Origin: Candidatus Electronema aureum
Lineage (GTDB): Bacteria > Desulfobacterota > Desulfobulbia > Desulfobulbales > Desulfobulbaceae
NCBI GenBank assembly: GCA_004284765.1
Contig: NQJD01000002.1
Location: forward strand, 187,202-219,201
DNA: 32,000 bases
Reading direction: 5' to 3'
This document shows positions 1 through 9,244 of this stretch, piece by piece (the first letter of the stretch is position 1; each line of letters starts with the position of its first letter). The notes under the pieces are model-generated. The model had not been told where the DNA came from, did not search any database, and saw nothing but the letters and a program-made list of their open reading frames with translations. Made by a program: the position numbers and the translations under genes.

Positions 1-1
1 G

Positions 2-2599
2 TATCCGTTCGCCACCCGCAATCTGAGCGAGTATTTCAGCATCATGGATGTGTATTGTGATGTGGTGCTCAATCCAATCTTGGCCCGCAGCACTTTCGAG
101 CAAGAGGGCTGGCATTATCACAAGGAAAGTCAGGGTGCGCCCTTAGAGTTCCAAGGGGTGGTCTTAAATGAAATGAAAGGGGCATTTGGTGATCCTACCC
201 GGGCACTCTTTCAGAACACCTTTGCCGGTCTGATGCCTGAATCAACCTATGCCCAAGAGTCGGGCGGCGACCCAGCCTGCATTCCTGCTCTGAGCTACGA
301 GCAGTTTATCGAGTTTCATCGCAAGCATTATCATCCCTCCAACGGAATGCTGTTCTTCTACGGTGATGCTGATCTTGAGCAGGAGTTGGCAGCCGTGCAG
401 GACAAGTTCCTCTGCACCTATACGAGCGCGGGCGAAAAGGCCAAGATTGTGCCGGGCCGCACGATTGCCAAGCCGGTGTTCATTGATGATACCTATGCAG
501 TGCAGCCGGGCAGTAACCTCAAGGGCAAGACCTATTTGGCAGTAGGCACTGCAATTGGTACTCTGCTGGACCGAGAGCTTACCACCGCCTTTCAGATCAT
601 TGCTAACATCCTCTACAATTCAGATGCGTCGCCGCTGAAGAAAGCCATTGTCGAGGCTGGCTTGGGCAAGGATTTCGGCGGGATGTTTATTACTGATCAT
701 TGCTTTCAGACAGTGATGCTGACCTATCTGGTTGGCTCTGATGCGGACAAGCGCGACCGCTTCTTGGAGCTGCACCGGCAGGCCTTAACCCAGATTGCTG
801 AACAAGGACTTGAGCATGATCTGGTGCTGTCTGAGCTGAACCATTACGAGTTCTCTGTCCGGGAAGAGCTGACTCATGCCCAGCGCGGCCTTGATCTGAT
901 TGGCAAGGCACTGACTGCGCTCCAGCATGGTGCAGACCCATTTGCCGCTCTGGAGATTGACCAGCTCTTTGCCGCTGTCCGCCGCAAAGCGTTAGAGGAA
1001 CAGTACTTTGAGCAGCTGATCCAGAGCACCTTGCTGGATAGCCCGACCTTTGCTGCGGTCACACTGCGGCCTGATCCAGATAAGGCCACCCGCACTCAGC
1101 AGGAAGAGCAGCGCAGGCTGGCAGCGTATGAACAGACCCTTGACCCAGCCCAGGTACAGTCACTGATCGCCACTACTCAAGAACTGATGCGCTTGCAGCA
1201 GACCCCGAACACGGAAGAGCAGCTGGCCTTGGTGCCTCGGCTTGCCCGCAAGGATTTGGAATGCAGGCCACCGATGCACAGTGCCAGCACCGAAGTCTGC
1301 GGCTCGGTGGAGTGTATCAGCAGTGAATTAGATACCAACGGTATCACCTACGTCCAGTTTGGCTTGGACTGTGCAGCCATCGGTCCAGACCTGCTGCCAT
1401 ACCTTGATCTCTTTGCCACCATTGCTACTGAGATTGGTACCAGCAAGCGTGATTACGTCCGTTTTGCTAAAGACATCAACATCTGCACCGGCGGCTTCAG
1501 CCATTCGTTCTCCACGTATCATCATCTTGAGAGCAAAGCACAGCTGCTGCCTTTGCTCTGGTTCCAGATCAAGGCCCTGTCCGGCTATTTACCCCAGGCT
1601 TTAGATTTAGTGCGCGAGGTCTTTGCTGATGTCAATCTCAGCAACCGGCAGCGGATTAAAGAAATAGTTTTGCGGGAATTCACTTGGGCCGAGCATTCAG
1701 TGCAAAGTGAGGGGTATCAGCTGGCAGCAAGCCGGGTCTTTGCCCATCTCAGTCGGGCCGGGATGATTAATGAACACGTCAACGGTGCGACTGCATATCT
1801 TACCCTGAAAGAGTTAGCAGCCAACTACGATAAGCAGGAAGAACAATTCCTTGCCAAAATAGAACGTCTGCGTCAGCTCGTCTTGCAGCCTGCGGATATG
1901 AAAATTGCTGTCACTGGCTCTGCGGCAGATATTGGCACGATCAAGGCGCAGATCAACGAAATCAAGCAGAGCCTGCTTGGCAGCACCCCACAGCCTGCTG
2001 AGATGCTCTTCCCGCAGTTTGCCGAGCAGCAGGCGTTCACTACTTCAGCGGATGTGGTCTATAATGTTCAAGGCTGCAACCTGTTTACCAATCCTAAGCA
2101 ATATGACGGCACCTTCGAGGTGCTGAAAACATGGTTGTCACGGGATTACCTGTGGAACACCGTGCGCCAGTTGGGCGGTGCTTACGGCTGTTTTGTTCAA
2201 TTTCATCCGGTGTCTGGCAATTTCGCCCTGATCAGCTTCCGTGACCCTCAAGTGAGCAAGACCTATGCGGCCTATGAGGCGATTGCCGCAGCAGTCAAGG
2301 AGCTTGATTTGAGCCATGCTAAGTTGGATCAGCTGATTATCGGTGCGTATGGTAGCCTGAATCCGTTGCGCTCCCCGGCGGCTGAAGGTGTGAAGGCCCG
2401 TGATGCGTACCTTTGTGGTATTACGCCAGAACACCGGCAGCAGATACTGGAGCAGCTGATCGACACAGAGGCAGCAGCACTACGTGGCTTTGCGCCGCTA
2501 TTTGCCCAGCTCACAACCAATAGCTTTAAGGCAACTATCGGCAGCAGCGAGAAGATTAGAGCCAATGCTGAATTGTTTAATGCGGTGGTGGAGTTGTAA
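2..2599 (+). CDS. M16C-family (PreP/presequence-protease-like, insulinase fold) metallopeptidase, 5' end cut by window edge
   Basis: Frame is open from nt 2 (YPFATRNLSEYFSIMD...), so the Met at 44 is internal and 865 residues are visible. PreP-like stretches include GVVLNEMKGAFGDP and GGAYGCFVQF. The N-terminal HxxEH zinc motif would lie upstream of the window. Confidence 0.8.
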   Translation, partial: YPFATRNLSEYFSIMDVYCDVVLNPILARSTFEQEGWHYHKESQGAPLEFQGVVLNEMKGAFGDPTRALFQNTFAGLMPESTYAQESGGDPACIPALSYEQFIEFHRKHYHPSNGMLFFYGDADLEQELAAVQDKFLCTYTSAGEKAKIVPGRTIAKPVFIDDTYAVQPGSNLKGKTYLAVGTAIGTLLDRELTTAFQIIANILYNSDASPLKKAIVEAGLGKDFGGMFITDHCFQTVMLTYLVGSDADKRDRFLELHRQALTQIAEQGLEHDLVLSELNHYEFSVREELTHAQRGLDLIGKALTALQHGADPFAALEIDQLFAAVRRKALEEQYFEQLIQSTLLDSPTFAAVTLRPDPDKATRTQQEEQRRLAAYEQTLDPAQVQSLIATTQELMRLQQTPNTEEQLALVPRLARKDLECRPPMHSASTEVCGSVECISSELDTNGITYVQFGLDCAAIGPDLLPYLDLFATIATEIGTSKRDYVRFAKDINICTGGFSHSFSTYHHLESKAQLLPLLWFQIKALSGYLPQALDLVREVFADVNLSNRQRIKEIVLREFTWAEHSVQSEGYQLAASRVFAHLSRAGMINEHVNGATAYLTLKELAANYDKQEEQFLAKIERLRQLVLQPADMKIAVTGSAADIGTIKAQINEIKQSLLGSTPQPAEMLFPQFAEQQAFTTSADVVYNVQGCNLFTNPKQYDGTFEVLKTWLSRDYLWNTVRQLGGAYGCFVQFHPVSGNFALISFRDPQVSKTYAAYEAIAAAVKELDLSHAKLDQLIIGAYGSLNPLRSPAAEGVKARDAYLCGITPEHRQQILEQLIDTEAAALRGFAPLFAQLTTNSFKATIGSSEKIRANAELFNAVVEL

Positions 2600-2657
2600 G
2601 AAGTTTTACGCAAGTATCATTATCAACATTCCAGTACAAGGAGAGGAGGGAGACAAC

Positions 2658-3650
2658 ATGGCCGGAGGATACACCCACGTCACGCTGGTGCAGCTGGCGA
2701 TTGAGGAGGCAGTTCATCGGAGATCGTTGCTGCACGATGAGGCAGCACAGGCTTTACAGCTATGGAAAAAATACGCTATCATTGGTTCAATGGGGCCGGA
2801 TTATCCCTATTTGGATGTTGCCGATACTTCTTCCGCAGCGTGGGCAGCAGCCATGCACAGCCGCCATGTGCTGGATTTCGTCCGAGAGGCAGCACGACGC
2901 ATCCGTATCCTGCCTGATAAGAATATCCGCCAGAAATGCACGGCATGGCTCTTCGGCTTTGCCTCGCATTGTGTAACTGACGGCACCGTGCATCCGGTGG
3001 TGAATCGGAAAGTTGGCCCTTATGAACAGAACAAGACTGAACATCGTTGCTGTGAAATGTCCCAAGATGTGCTGGTTCATGCTCAACTCAATTTGGGCGC
3101 GATTGAGCTGAACGGGCAGATATCTTTTAATGTAGCAGAAACCTCTGACGGTAGCAACCGATTGAGAATAGATCACGATATTGCCGTACTCTGGCGTGGC
3201 GCGCTGAACGCTGTTTGGCGTGGTGGTCGCACTGACAATCCATTTTCGTTGAGCGGGGCAATGGACAGGTTGAAACAATGGACGGGTAGTACGCCAGCAG
3301 AAGGGCTACCTGCGCCTGATCCTGATCAGTGGCATCGGGCTATGTGGCGGATGTTGAAACTGGCTGAAAGCGGCGGTCAGCTGGTACCTTTTGCTCGCCA
3401 TGCAGCAGCTAATGCTGGGGTAACATATCCGGCCAAGCCTGAGTTACAATATGTCCGCAATTTGGAAGTGCCGGGGAATCGCAGGATGGACTTTGAGCAA
3501 GTTTTTGTCCACGCTAAACAGAACACGGTTGCATTTTGGGGCGACCTGTCGCTTTTCCTCCAAGGCAAGCCCTCGCCCTTGGACAACATGGCAGGCTGGA
3601 GCTTAGATGACGGCATTGATCACAACGAACATTATGTTTTCTGGAGCTAA
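2658..3650 (+). CDS. zinc-dependent phospholipase C-like family protein (330 aa)
   Basis: ATG at 2658 is preceded by a strong RBS (AAGGAGAGGAGGG at 2638-2650); the listed ORF start at 2484 overlaps the upstream gene and is unlikely. The His/Asp pattern is typical of the PLC/P1-nuclease-like zinc fold: GGYTHV, GSMGPDYPY, HSRH, FASHCVTDGTVHPVVN. Confidence 0.65.
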   Translation: MAGGYTHVTLVQLAIEEAVHRRSLLHDEAAQALQLWKKYAIIGSMGPDYPYLDVADTSSAAWAAAMHSRHVLDFVREAARRIRILPDKNIRQKCTAWLFGFASHCVTDGTVHPVVNRKVGPYEQNKTEHRCCEMSQDVLVHAQLNLGAIELNGQISFNVAETSDGSNRLRIDHDIAVLWRGALNAVWRGGRTDNPFSLSGAMDRLKQWTGSTPAEGLPAPDPDQWHRAMWRMLKLAESGGQLVPFARHAAANAGVTYPAKPELQYVRNLEVPGNRRMDFEQVFVHAKQNTVAFWGDLSLFLQGKPSPLDNMAGWSLDDGIDHNEHYVFWS

Positions 3651-3652
3651 AC

Positions 3653-4081
3653 ATGACACCTGCTCGTAAAAAGATACTGCTTATTCTTGTTCTCGTTGCA
3701 GTGATCGATCTTCTCATCGCCGCTGGAATCTTTTTTTGGTGGAAAAACAGTCAATCTGATCTTCCTCATCAGAAAGACATCGCTGAATTAGCTACTCAGT
3801 TAGTTGATTTGAGTTCGAGGGTGGAAGGTCTCATAATTACGCAAGAAAACGAGGCAGAAATACTCCGCCAAACAGAGAAATTTGCACCCTATCAGCTCAA
3901 GGTGCAGTATCAACATCCTTATGCTGTCCTGCTGCTCTGCACACCAGATGGAAAACAGGCTCTACTGGAGGATGCAGGCTGCTCGGCCAAGTTAGATCGG
4001 AAGGTAAAGAATGAGGCTCCCTGCGAATTCACCTTACGAGTTAAAGAAAACTGCCAAGTGCAGGGCGCAGATATGCAGTAA
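3653..4081 (+). CDS. hypothetical N-terminally membrane-anchored protein (142 aa)
   Basis: ATG lies 2 nt after the upstream TAA, suggesting coupling. N-terminal hydrophobic helix ILLILVLVAVIDLLIAAGIFFWW. No recognisable catalytic motif. Confidence 0.55.
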   Translation: MTPARKKILLILVLVAVIDLLIAAGIFFWWKNSQSDLPHQKDIAELATQLVDLSSRVEGLIITQENEAEILRQTEKFAPYQLKVQYQHPYAVLLLCTPDGKQALLEDAGCSAKLDRKVKNEAPCEFTLRVKENCQVQGADMQ

Positions 4082-4093
4082 GAACGTTTTTCG

Positions 4094-4906
4094 TTAGTTC
4101 CCAGCTTGAAGCCGCCACTGGAGGGCCTGTAAATCCTCCCAAGCGGCTTTTTTCATTTCGGTATGCTGAAGCAGCAAGCGAGGGTGATAGGTGGGCAATA
4201 CCTGTGCAATGCTGTCGGAAGGGCAGCAGCAGGGATGAAATTTTTTCTGTAGTCGAAGTCGTGCCAAGGGTGTGTTTCCGCCTATCAGAACGCGAGCAGC
4301 AGTTTCACCCAGAGCGCAAATGAGCTGAGGACGGATAGCTTGCAGCTCTGCTTCCAGCCAAGGGCGGCAATTTTGTTCAGCTTTACTGGTGGACTGAGGC
4401 AATTCCCTCTGTGCGCATTTGAACACATTGGTGACATAAACCGTTTCTCGACTCAGGCCGATGGCCGTCATCATCTTCCAGAATAGCTCGTCCTCCTCTC
4501 TGCCCCAAAGTACGTTCTGTCCGCGTTCTGCGCCGATGAAGTAATCACCAACCACCACCAAACGGGGTGCGGCACTACCAAACCCAAGTATTGGGGGAGC
4601 AGCAGCGTCAGGGCAGCGGCGACACTGAGCAAGCTGTTCCGCGATTTCTGCTCTGCTCGATATCGGTGCTTGCGGTTTCTTTTCAGCAGCGGGAAGGGAT
4701 TGCGCAGTGGACGGCAGCTTGTCGGATTTTCTGCTTTGTACGACTGGAGAAACAGGACGATGAGCGGCAAAATGGCGGAGTTCCGGCGTGGCTGGATAGT
4801 TGATGATGCCTATCTCTACATGGCAGGCCAACACGCTGCGGGTCTGACGGAGCAACTGGGCCAACGCTGCGGGATCAGGCGTTTTATGTTCGCAAGAGAG
4901 TGTCAC
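4094..4906 (-). CDS. family-4-like uracil-DNA glycosylase superfamily protein with about 100-aa N-terminal extension
   Basis: Fe-S Cys pattern CRRC ... KC-x17-C, YVTNVFKC and a C-terminal YHPRLLL motif. GTG start overlaps the stop of the upstream ftsB-like gene (GTGA at 4903-4906). Confidence 0.75.
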   Translation of the reverse strand: MTLSCEHKTPDPAALAQLLRQTRSVLACHVEIGIINYPATPELRHFAAHRPVSPVVQSRKSDKLPSTAQSLPAAEKKPQAPISSRAEIAEQLAQCRRCPDAAAPPILGFGSAAPRLVVVGDYFIGAERGQNVLWGREEDELFWKMMTAIGLSRETVYVTNVFKCAQRELPQSTSKAEQNCRPWLEAELQAIRPQLICALGETAARVLIGGNTPLARLRLQKKFHPCCCPSDSIAQVLPTYHPRLLLQHTEMKKAAWEDLQALQWRLQAGN

Positions 4907-5262
4907 TGTACTGTTTCTTCGGTTTCGATCTCTGACGACTGCTCCGCAGACTCAATTGGTTGAGTATAATACACCTCTTCATTCTTCTTGAGCATTCCGT
5001 ATTTTTCTCGAGCAATCTTCTCTAAATATTGGTCATCATGCTGAAGCAGCTTAATCTCCTCATTCAGCTGTACGGTTTCTCGTAGCAGCAGTCGGTTCTC
5101 GGCCTCTACAATTGCAATCTTTTTCTTGACGGAAAAATACGAATGCAAACTACGGCCCGGCGTAACAGCAAGAAATAACAGGGCCAGAACAAAAGCGGCC
5201 AGCAGAATGCGGGCAAGTGCTCTTTTTTCTCTCCTGTTTAAGTTCTGTCTCTGCTGCTGCAC
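4903..5262 (-). CDS. ftsB: septum formation initiator family protein (FtsB/DivIC-like)
   Basis: 119 aa with a single N-terminal TM helix (ILLAAFVLALLFLAV). This is followed by a coiled-coil/leucine-zipper segment ending in YLEKIAREKYGMLKKNEEVY, typical of the family. Confidence 0.75.
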   Translation of the reverse strand: MQQQRQNLNRREKRALARILLAAFVLALLFLAVTPGRSLHSYFSVKKKIAIVEAENRLLLRETVQLNEEIKLLQHDDQYLEKIAREKYGMLKKNEEVYYTQPIESAEQSSEIETEETVQ

Positions 5263-5361
5263 CGTACCCCCGTCTCCTTGCGGACAAGCGAATGATTTGA
5301 CTGGATTATATCATCAAGAACGATTATATTCTTCTACGCCGTGCTCTTTCACTACTATATC

Positions 5362-5778
5362 ATGCCTGTCAACAAACCTGAACAGTGCATCGTTAGCAGC
5401 TGCTTGATTGGTCTCTGTACCCGCTATGACGGACGCAGTAAGCCAGACTGCAATTGCTTGGAGATGCTGAAAAATTACCAGTACATTCCGGTTTGCCCGG
5501 AGCAGCTTGGTGGTCTATCCACGCCCCGCGTTCCAGCTCATTTAAGCGGCAGTGGCGACGAGGTGTTGGCGGGCCGAGCAGCGGTTATCACTCGTGAAGG
5601 AACAGATGTAACCCGGCGATTTATAGCCGGAGCTGAAGCGGTGTTGCAGATTGCTCAGGCGCAGAATATCCGGCTGGCTCTGCTCAAAGCCCGCAGCCCT
5701 TCTTGCGGCCTGACACCACAGCTTGGTGTAACCGCTGCCTTGTTGCTGGCTCACGGTATCCGGGTTATTGAGTTTTAG
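5362..5778 (+). CDS. DUF523 (TudS-like) family protein
   Basis: SCLIGLCTRYDG and VCPEQLGGLSTPR motifs. ATG at 5362 is preferred over the listed GTG at 5341. The 3' end overlaps convergent tatC by 14 nt. Confidence 0.7.
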   Translation: MPVNKPEQCIVSSCLIGLCTRYDGRSKPDCNCLEMLKNYQYIPVCPEQLGGLSTPRVPAHLSGSGDEVLAGRAAVITREGTDVTRRFIAGAEAVLQIAQAQNIRLALLKARSPSCGLTPQLGVTAALLLAHGIRVIEF

Positions 5779-6490
5779 CCACTGCCTGTTTTTCGTCAAT
5801 TCGCAGCAGCCTAATGACCAAAATTCCAGCCTCATAGAGCAGATAAAGCGGTAGTCCCATCAAGGCCATGTTGACCACATCAGGCGTGGGGGTCAGCATC
5901 GCCGACAGAATGGCAATGGCCAGCACAGCGAAGCGGCGATTTTTTTCATAAAAACGGTGAGACAATGCACCAATTTGGGCGGAGAAAACCATGAAGACCG
6001 GCAGCTCGAAAATCACCCCAAAGGCCAGCACTAAGATGGTCACAAAATTAACAAAGCTACCGATGGCGATGTAAGGCTTCAGGTGTTCCGACTGAAAACC
6101 AAGCAGAAAACTCGCGCCGTAGGGCAGGGTAACAAAGGCGCAAAACACAGTGCCCACGTAAAAAAGCAGACACGTAGCGGCGGTGAAGGCGAAGAGCTTC
6201 TTGCCGGTCACGTCGAAAGGTTTGCCAAGAGCTTTCCAGAGGATGTGCATGAACAGGGGCATCAGGCAATAAATTGCGCCGAAGAAAGCAGCCTTGATGT
6301 GAGCGAGAAAGGGTTCGGCTACTGAAAAAAAGTAGAGCTTTTCATCCAGATGCTCTTGAAAGACCCCGATCAAGCCGGTTGACAGGCAAAAGATCACCGC
6401 TGTCAGCGCAAATAGGCTGATTGCCGCGAAACGAAGCGATTTGCGCAGCTCCGCTATGAAAACTATCAGGTTACTGAAATGTTCTTGCAC
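5765..6490 (-). CDS. tatC: twin-arginine translocase subunit TatC
   Basis: 241 aa polytopic membrane protein with a TatC-like N terminus (IAELRKSL) and a C-terminal TPTPDVVNMALMGLPLYLLYEAGI motif. GTG start. Confidence 0.85.
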   Translation of the reverse strand: MQEHFSNLIVFIAELRKSLRFAAISLFALTAVIFCLSTGLIGVFQEHLDEKLYFFSVAEPFLAHIKAAFFGAIYCLMPLFMHILWKALGKPFDVTGKKLFAFTAATCLLFYVGTVFCAFVTLPYGASFLLGFQSEHLKPYIAIGSFVNFVTILVLAFGVIFELPVFMVFSAQIGALSHRFYEKNRRFAVLAIAILSAMLTPTPDVVNMALMGLPLYLLYEAGILVIRLLRIDEKQAVAKTQ

Positions 6491-6668
6491 AAGATGTCGG
6501 GAAGTATGGTTCAGATTTTAAGCCGCCTTTTGCTGCGGACTTGCTCTATGTAACAAACCCGCAGAGCAAAATCAATTGAATACCCGTTGCAGAGCGGCCT
6601 CAGTCGTGCTAAAAAAGTAGACGGACAACTGACCTTGCAGCTTTCAACTTCTCCTTTTGGTTTCTATC

Positions 6669-7940
6669 ATGCTTGAATTACGCTTCATCCGGGAAAATAT
6701 CGACCTTGTTCGAGAAAAATGTCTCCGCCGGAGCATGAATACCGATCTGATCGACACCTTCGCTGCCATTGACTCCAAACGGCTGGCCCTGCTCAATCAG
6801 GTTGAGCAGCTCAAAAATCAGCGCAACACCGTCTCCAAGGACATCGCCCAGCTGAAAAAGGCGGGCGATGATGCAAAAGCCGAGCCGTTGATTGTTGAAA
6901 TGCGTGAAGTTTCTGACCGCATCGCTGCGCTGGATAAGGAGCTAATCGAAGTCGAGGCCCAGCTCATGGATGTGGTGATGTCCATCCCCAATCTCTGCGA
7001 CGACTCGGTTCCTGCGGGCAAGGACGACAAGGACAACATTGAGGTGAAACGTTGGGGCAATATTCCGGCATTTTCTTTTCAGCCGAAACCGCACTGGGAG
7101 ATCGGCGAACAGCTTGGTATCCTTGATTTTGAAACGGCGGCCAAACTCTCTGGGGCGCGGTTCTGTTTGCTCAAAGGCTTTGCCTCGCGGCTTTCCAGAG
7201 CTTTGATCAATTTTTTCCTCGATCTGCACACCCAGAAGCACGGCTACACCGAGTTTCTGCCGCCCTTTATGGTCACGGCACAAACCATGACCGGCACCGG
7301 CCAATTACCTAAATTCAAGGAAGATTTGTTTAAGTTAGAAGGTCGCGATCTTTGGTTGATTCCGACCGCCGAGGTGCCGCTGACTAATATTCATGCTGAT
7401 GCCACGTTGACCGAGGCGGAATTGCCAGTCAAATATACCGCTTACACGCCTTGTTTCCGTTCTGAGGCTGGTTCTTACGGCAAAGACACACGCGGGCTGA
7501 TCCGTCAGCATCAGTTTGACAAGGTGGAGTTGGTCAAATTTGCTGCGCCGGAGACATCAGGACAAGAATTAGAATTCCTGCTGACTGATGCCGAGGAAGT
7601 GTTGCAGCTGCTCGAATTGCCGTATCGAGTGGTGGCTCTCTGCGCCGGCGATCTGGGTTTTTCCTCAGCCAAAACCTACGATATTGAAGTTTGGCTGCCG
7701 GGCCAGAATACCTACCGAGAAATATCTTCTTGCTCAAATTTCCTCGATTTTCAGGCACGGCGGGCGGGCATCCGTTACCGACCTGAAGGTGAGAAAAAAA
7801 GCCGTCTTGTACATACCTTGAATGGTTCTGGTTTGGCCGTTGGGCGCACTTTATTGGCGATTCTGGAAAATTATCAGCAAGCAGACGGCACGGTGCGCCT
7901 GCCCAAAGTGCTGGAGCCGTATTTCACCGACCGCTTCTGA
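6669..7940 (+). CDS. serS: seryl-tRNA synthetase
   Basis: Starts [14 protein letters not shown] at ATG 6669 (the listed TTG at 6657 is less likely). N-terminal coiled-coil arm plus class II motifs TGQLPKF, FRSEAGS and [18 protein letters not shown]. Confidence 0.95.
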   Translation: MLELRFIRENIDLVREKCLRRSMNTDLIDTFAAIDSKRLALLNQVEQLKNQRNTVSKDIAQLKKAGDDAKAEPLIVEMREVSDRIAALDKELIEVEAQLMDVVMSIPNLCDDSVPAGKDDKDNIEVKRWGNIPAFSFQPKPHWEIGEQLGILDFETAAKLSGARFCLLKGFASRLSRALINFFLDLHTQKHGYTEFLPPFMVTAQTMTGTGQLPKFKEDLFKLEGRDLWLIPTAEVPLTNIHADATLTEAELPVKYTAYTPCFRSEAGSYGKDTRGLIRQHQFDKVELVKFAAPETSGQELEFLLTDAEEVLQLLELPYRVVALCAGDLGFSSAKTYDIEVWLPGQNTYREISSCSNFLDFQARRAGIRYRPEGEKKSRLVHTLNGSGLAVGRTLLAILENYQQADGTVRLPKVLEPYFTDRF

Positions 7941-7959
7941 GACGCGAATGCTTCCCTGC

Positions 7960-7988
7960 TTGACACCGTTCCTGTGGATTGGTATCAC
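7960..7988 (+). promoter_or_regulatory. candidate sigma-70 promoter for the 8029 gene
   Basis: TTGACA (7960-7965), a 17-nt spacer, then TATCAC (7983-7988), about 40 nt upstream of the ATG. Confidence 0.3.
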
Positions 7989-8028
7989 TTAAGAAGCACG
8001 AAACATAGTTGCGTTTCAGAAACTCTGC

Positions 8029-8934
8029 ATGGGATGGACGATGAGAAGATTTTTTTCTGCTGTTTTTGCGCTGGCCTTTGTCGTCAGCTGTTTATCTTTA
8101 GCATGGGCAGGCGAAAAGGAGGATGAGCTGCTCAAGGCGATGGAGGCAATTGTGCAGCAGTATAAGGCAGGCGAGGGCAATCAGCAGCAATCAAAGGACG
8201 ATACGCCTCCCGCCGTTGAGCAGCAGAAGAGCCAAGCATTGCAACAAACACCTGTTGAGGCGGCTTCTTCTTGGTTACAACCTCCAGCTGCCACTACGCC
8301 TCCAGTTCCAACAGAGCAGTTACAGAGTGTTGAGGAAGAAGCAGCGATTCCAGCAGAAATCGCCGATATCTTCCAACTGTCGCCATCTCCTGCGCAGGTG
8401 GCTAATAATGATGACATTATCACCACCATTGAAGAAGCGGTGCGCCAGTATCGGGCTAACGATTTTGCCGGAGCGATTTCCAATCTCGACTATGCCACTC
8501 AGCTGATCCGCCAGAAAAAAAGCGAACGAATGAAGGCTCTGCTGCCTGAACCTTTGCTCGGCTGGCTGGCCAAGCCCGCTTTGGCAAAATCTTTAGGTAC
8601 AGCGGTCTTTGGCGGTGGATCGACAGTCAGTCGCGATTACTTTATCGGTGGTGGTGCCGTCGTTTCTGTCGAAATCATCTCCGATTCCCCGGTACTCCAA
8701 TCGATCATCATGATGCTCAATAATCCGCTTTTTGCTGGAGCTTCGGGCGGGAACATTCAAACCATCAAACAACAGCGGGCCATGCTCAAATACAATGAGC
8801 AAGATCACAGCGGCGAAATTAATATTGTGGTTGCTGGGCGTTTCATTGTCACCGTTAAAGGCCGAGCTGTAGATCAAATTGTGCTGTTCCGCTATGCTGA
8901 AGCCGTTGATTTTGAAGCATTGGCGAAAAATTAG
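8029..8934 (+). CDS. secreted hypothetical protein with Q/P-rich linker
   Basis: Signal-peptide-like N terminus (MRRFFSAVFALAFVVSCLSLAWA; the start could be ATG 8041). Low-complexity Q/P/A segment, then a Gly-rich C-terminal domain. Followed by an intrinsic terminator. Confidence 0.6.
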   Translation: MGWTMRRFFSAVFALAFVVSCLSLAWAGEKEDELLKAMEAIVQQYKAGEGNQQQSKDDTPPAVEQQKSQALQQTPVEAASSWLQPPAATTPPVPTEQLQSVEEEAAIPAEIADIFQLSPSPAQVANNDDIITTIEEAVRQYRANDFAGAISNLDYATQLIRQKKSERMKALLPEPLLGWLAKPALAKSLGTAVFGGGSTVSRDYFIGGGAVVSVEIISDSPVLQSIIMMLNNPLFAGASGGNIQTIKQQRAMLKYNEQDHSGEINIVVAGRFIVTVKGRAVDQIVLFRYAEAVDFEALAKN

Positions 8935-8989
8935 ACTGTCTAAAATTCTCCCAAGAAGTGCCTTTAAGGGTTTTTCCTGTGTGAGATGA

Positions 8990-9040
8990 CCTCAGCCACC
9001 CGAACTGAACTGGCCTTCTTCCGGGTGGCTGAGGTTTTTT
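8990..9040 (+). terminator. rho-independent terminator
   Basis: 12-bp perfect stem CCTCAGCCACCC (8990-9001) / GGGTGGCTGAGG (9023-9034), followed by TTTTTT (9035-9040). Confidence 0.7.
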
Positions 9041-9058
9041 CCTTTTTACGGCAAAAAT

Positions 9059-9244
9059 ATGTCTGAACAAAAAATTGTCCGGCCCGTGACTGACGAGGCG
9101 GTGCTGAAAGCGGCCAAAGAAATCATGGTCAAATTCATCGAAATCGGCAAGGTGACTCCGGCGAATTTCGAGGAGCATTACGAGCGGATTTTCAACACCA
9201 TCAAGAAGTCGGCGCAAGAGTTGAACGATGACAGCCCAGCTTGA
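9059..9244 (+). CDS. small hypothetical protein (61 aa)
   Basis: ORF with host-like codon composition directly after the terminator; its 3' end overlaps the mpl start by 17 nt. No clear Shine-Dalgarno sequence and no recognisable motif. Confidence 0.4.
   Translation: MSEQKIVRPVTDEAVLKAAKEIMVKFIEIGKVTPANFEEHYERIFNTIKKSAQELNDDSPA

Noticed and set aside
2484-2657. Upstream extension of the PLC-like ORF as listed in the ORF track
   Set aside because: It overlaps the 3' end of the peptidase gene in another frame and has no RBS. ATG 2658 has a strong RBS and starts the conserved domain.
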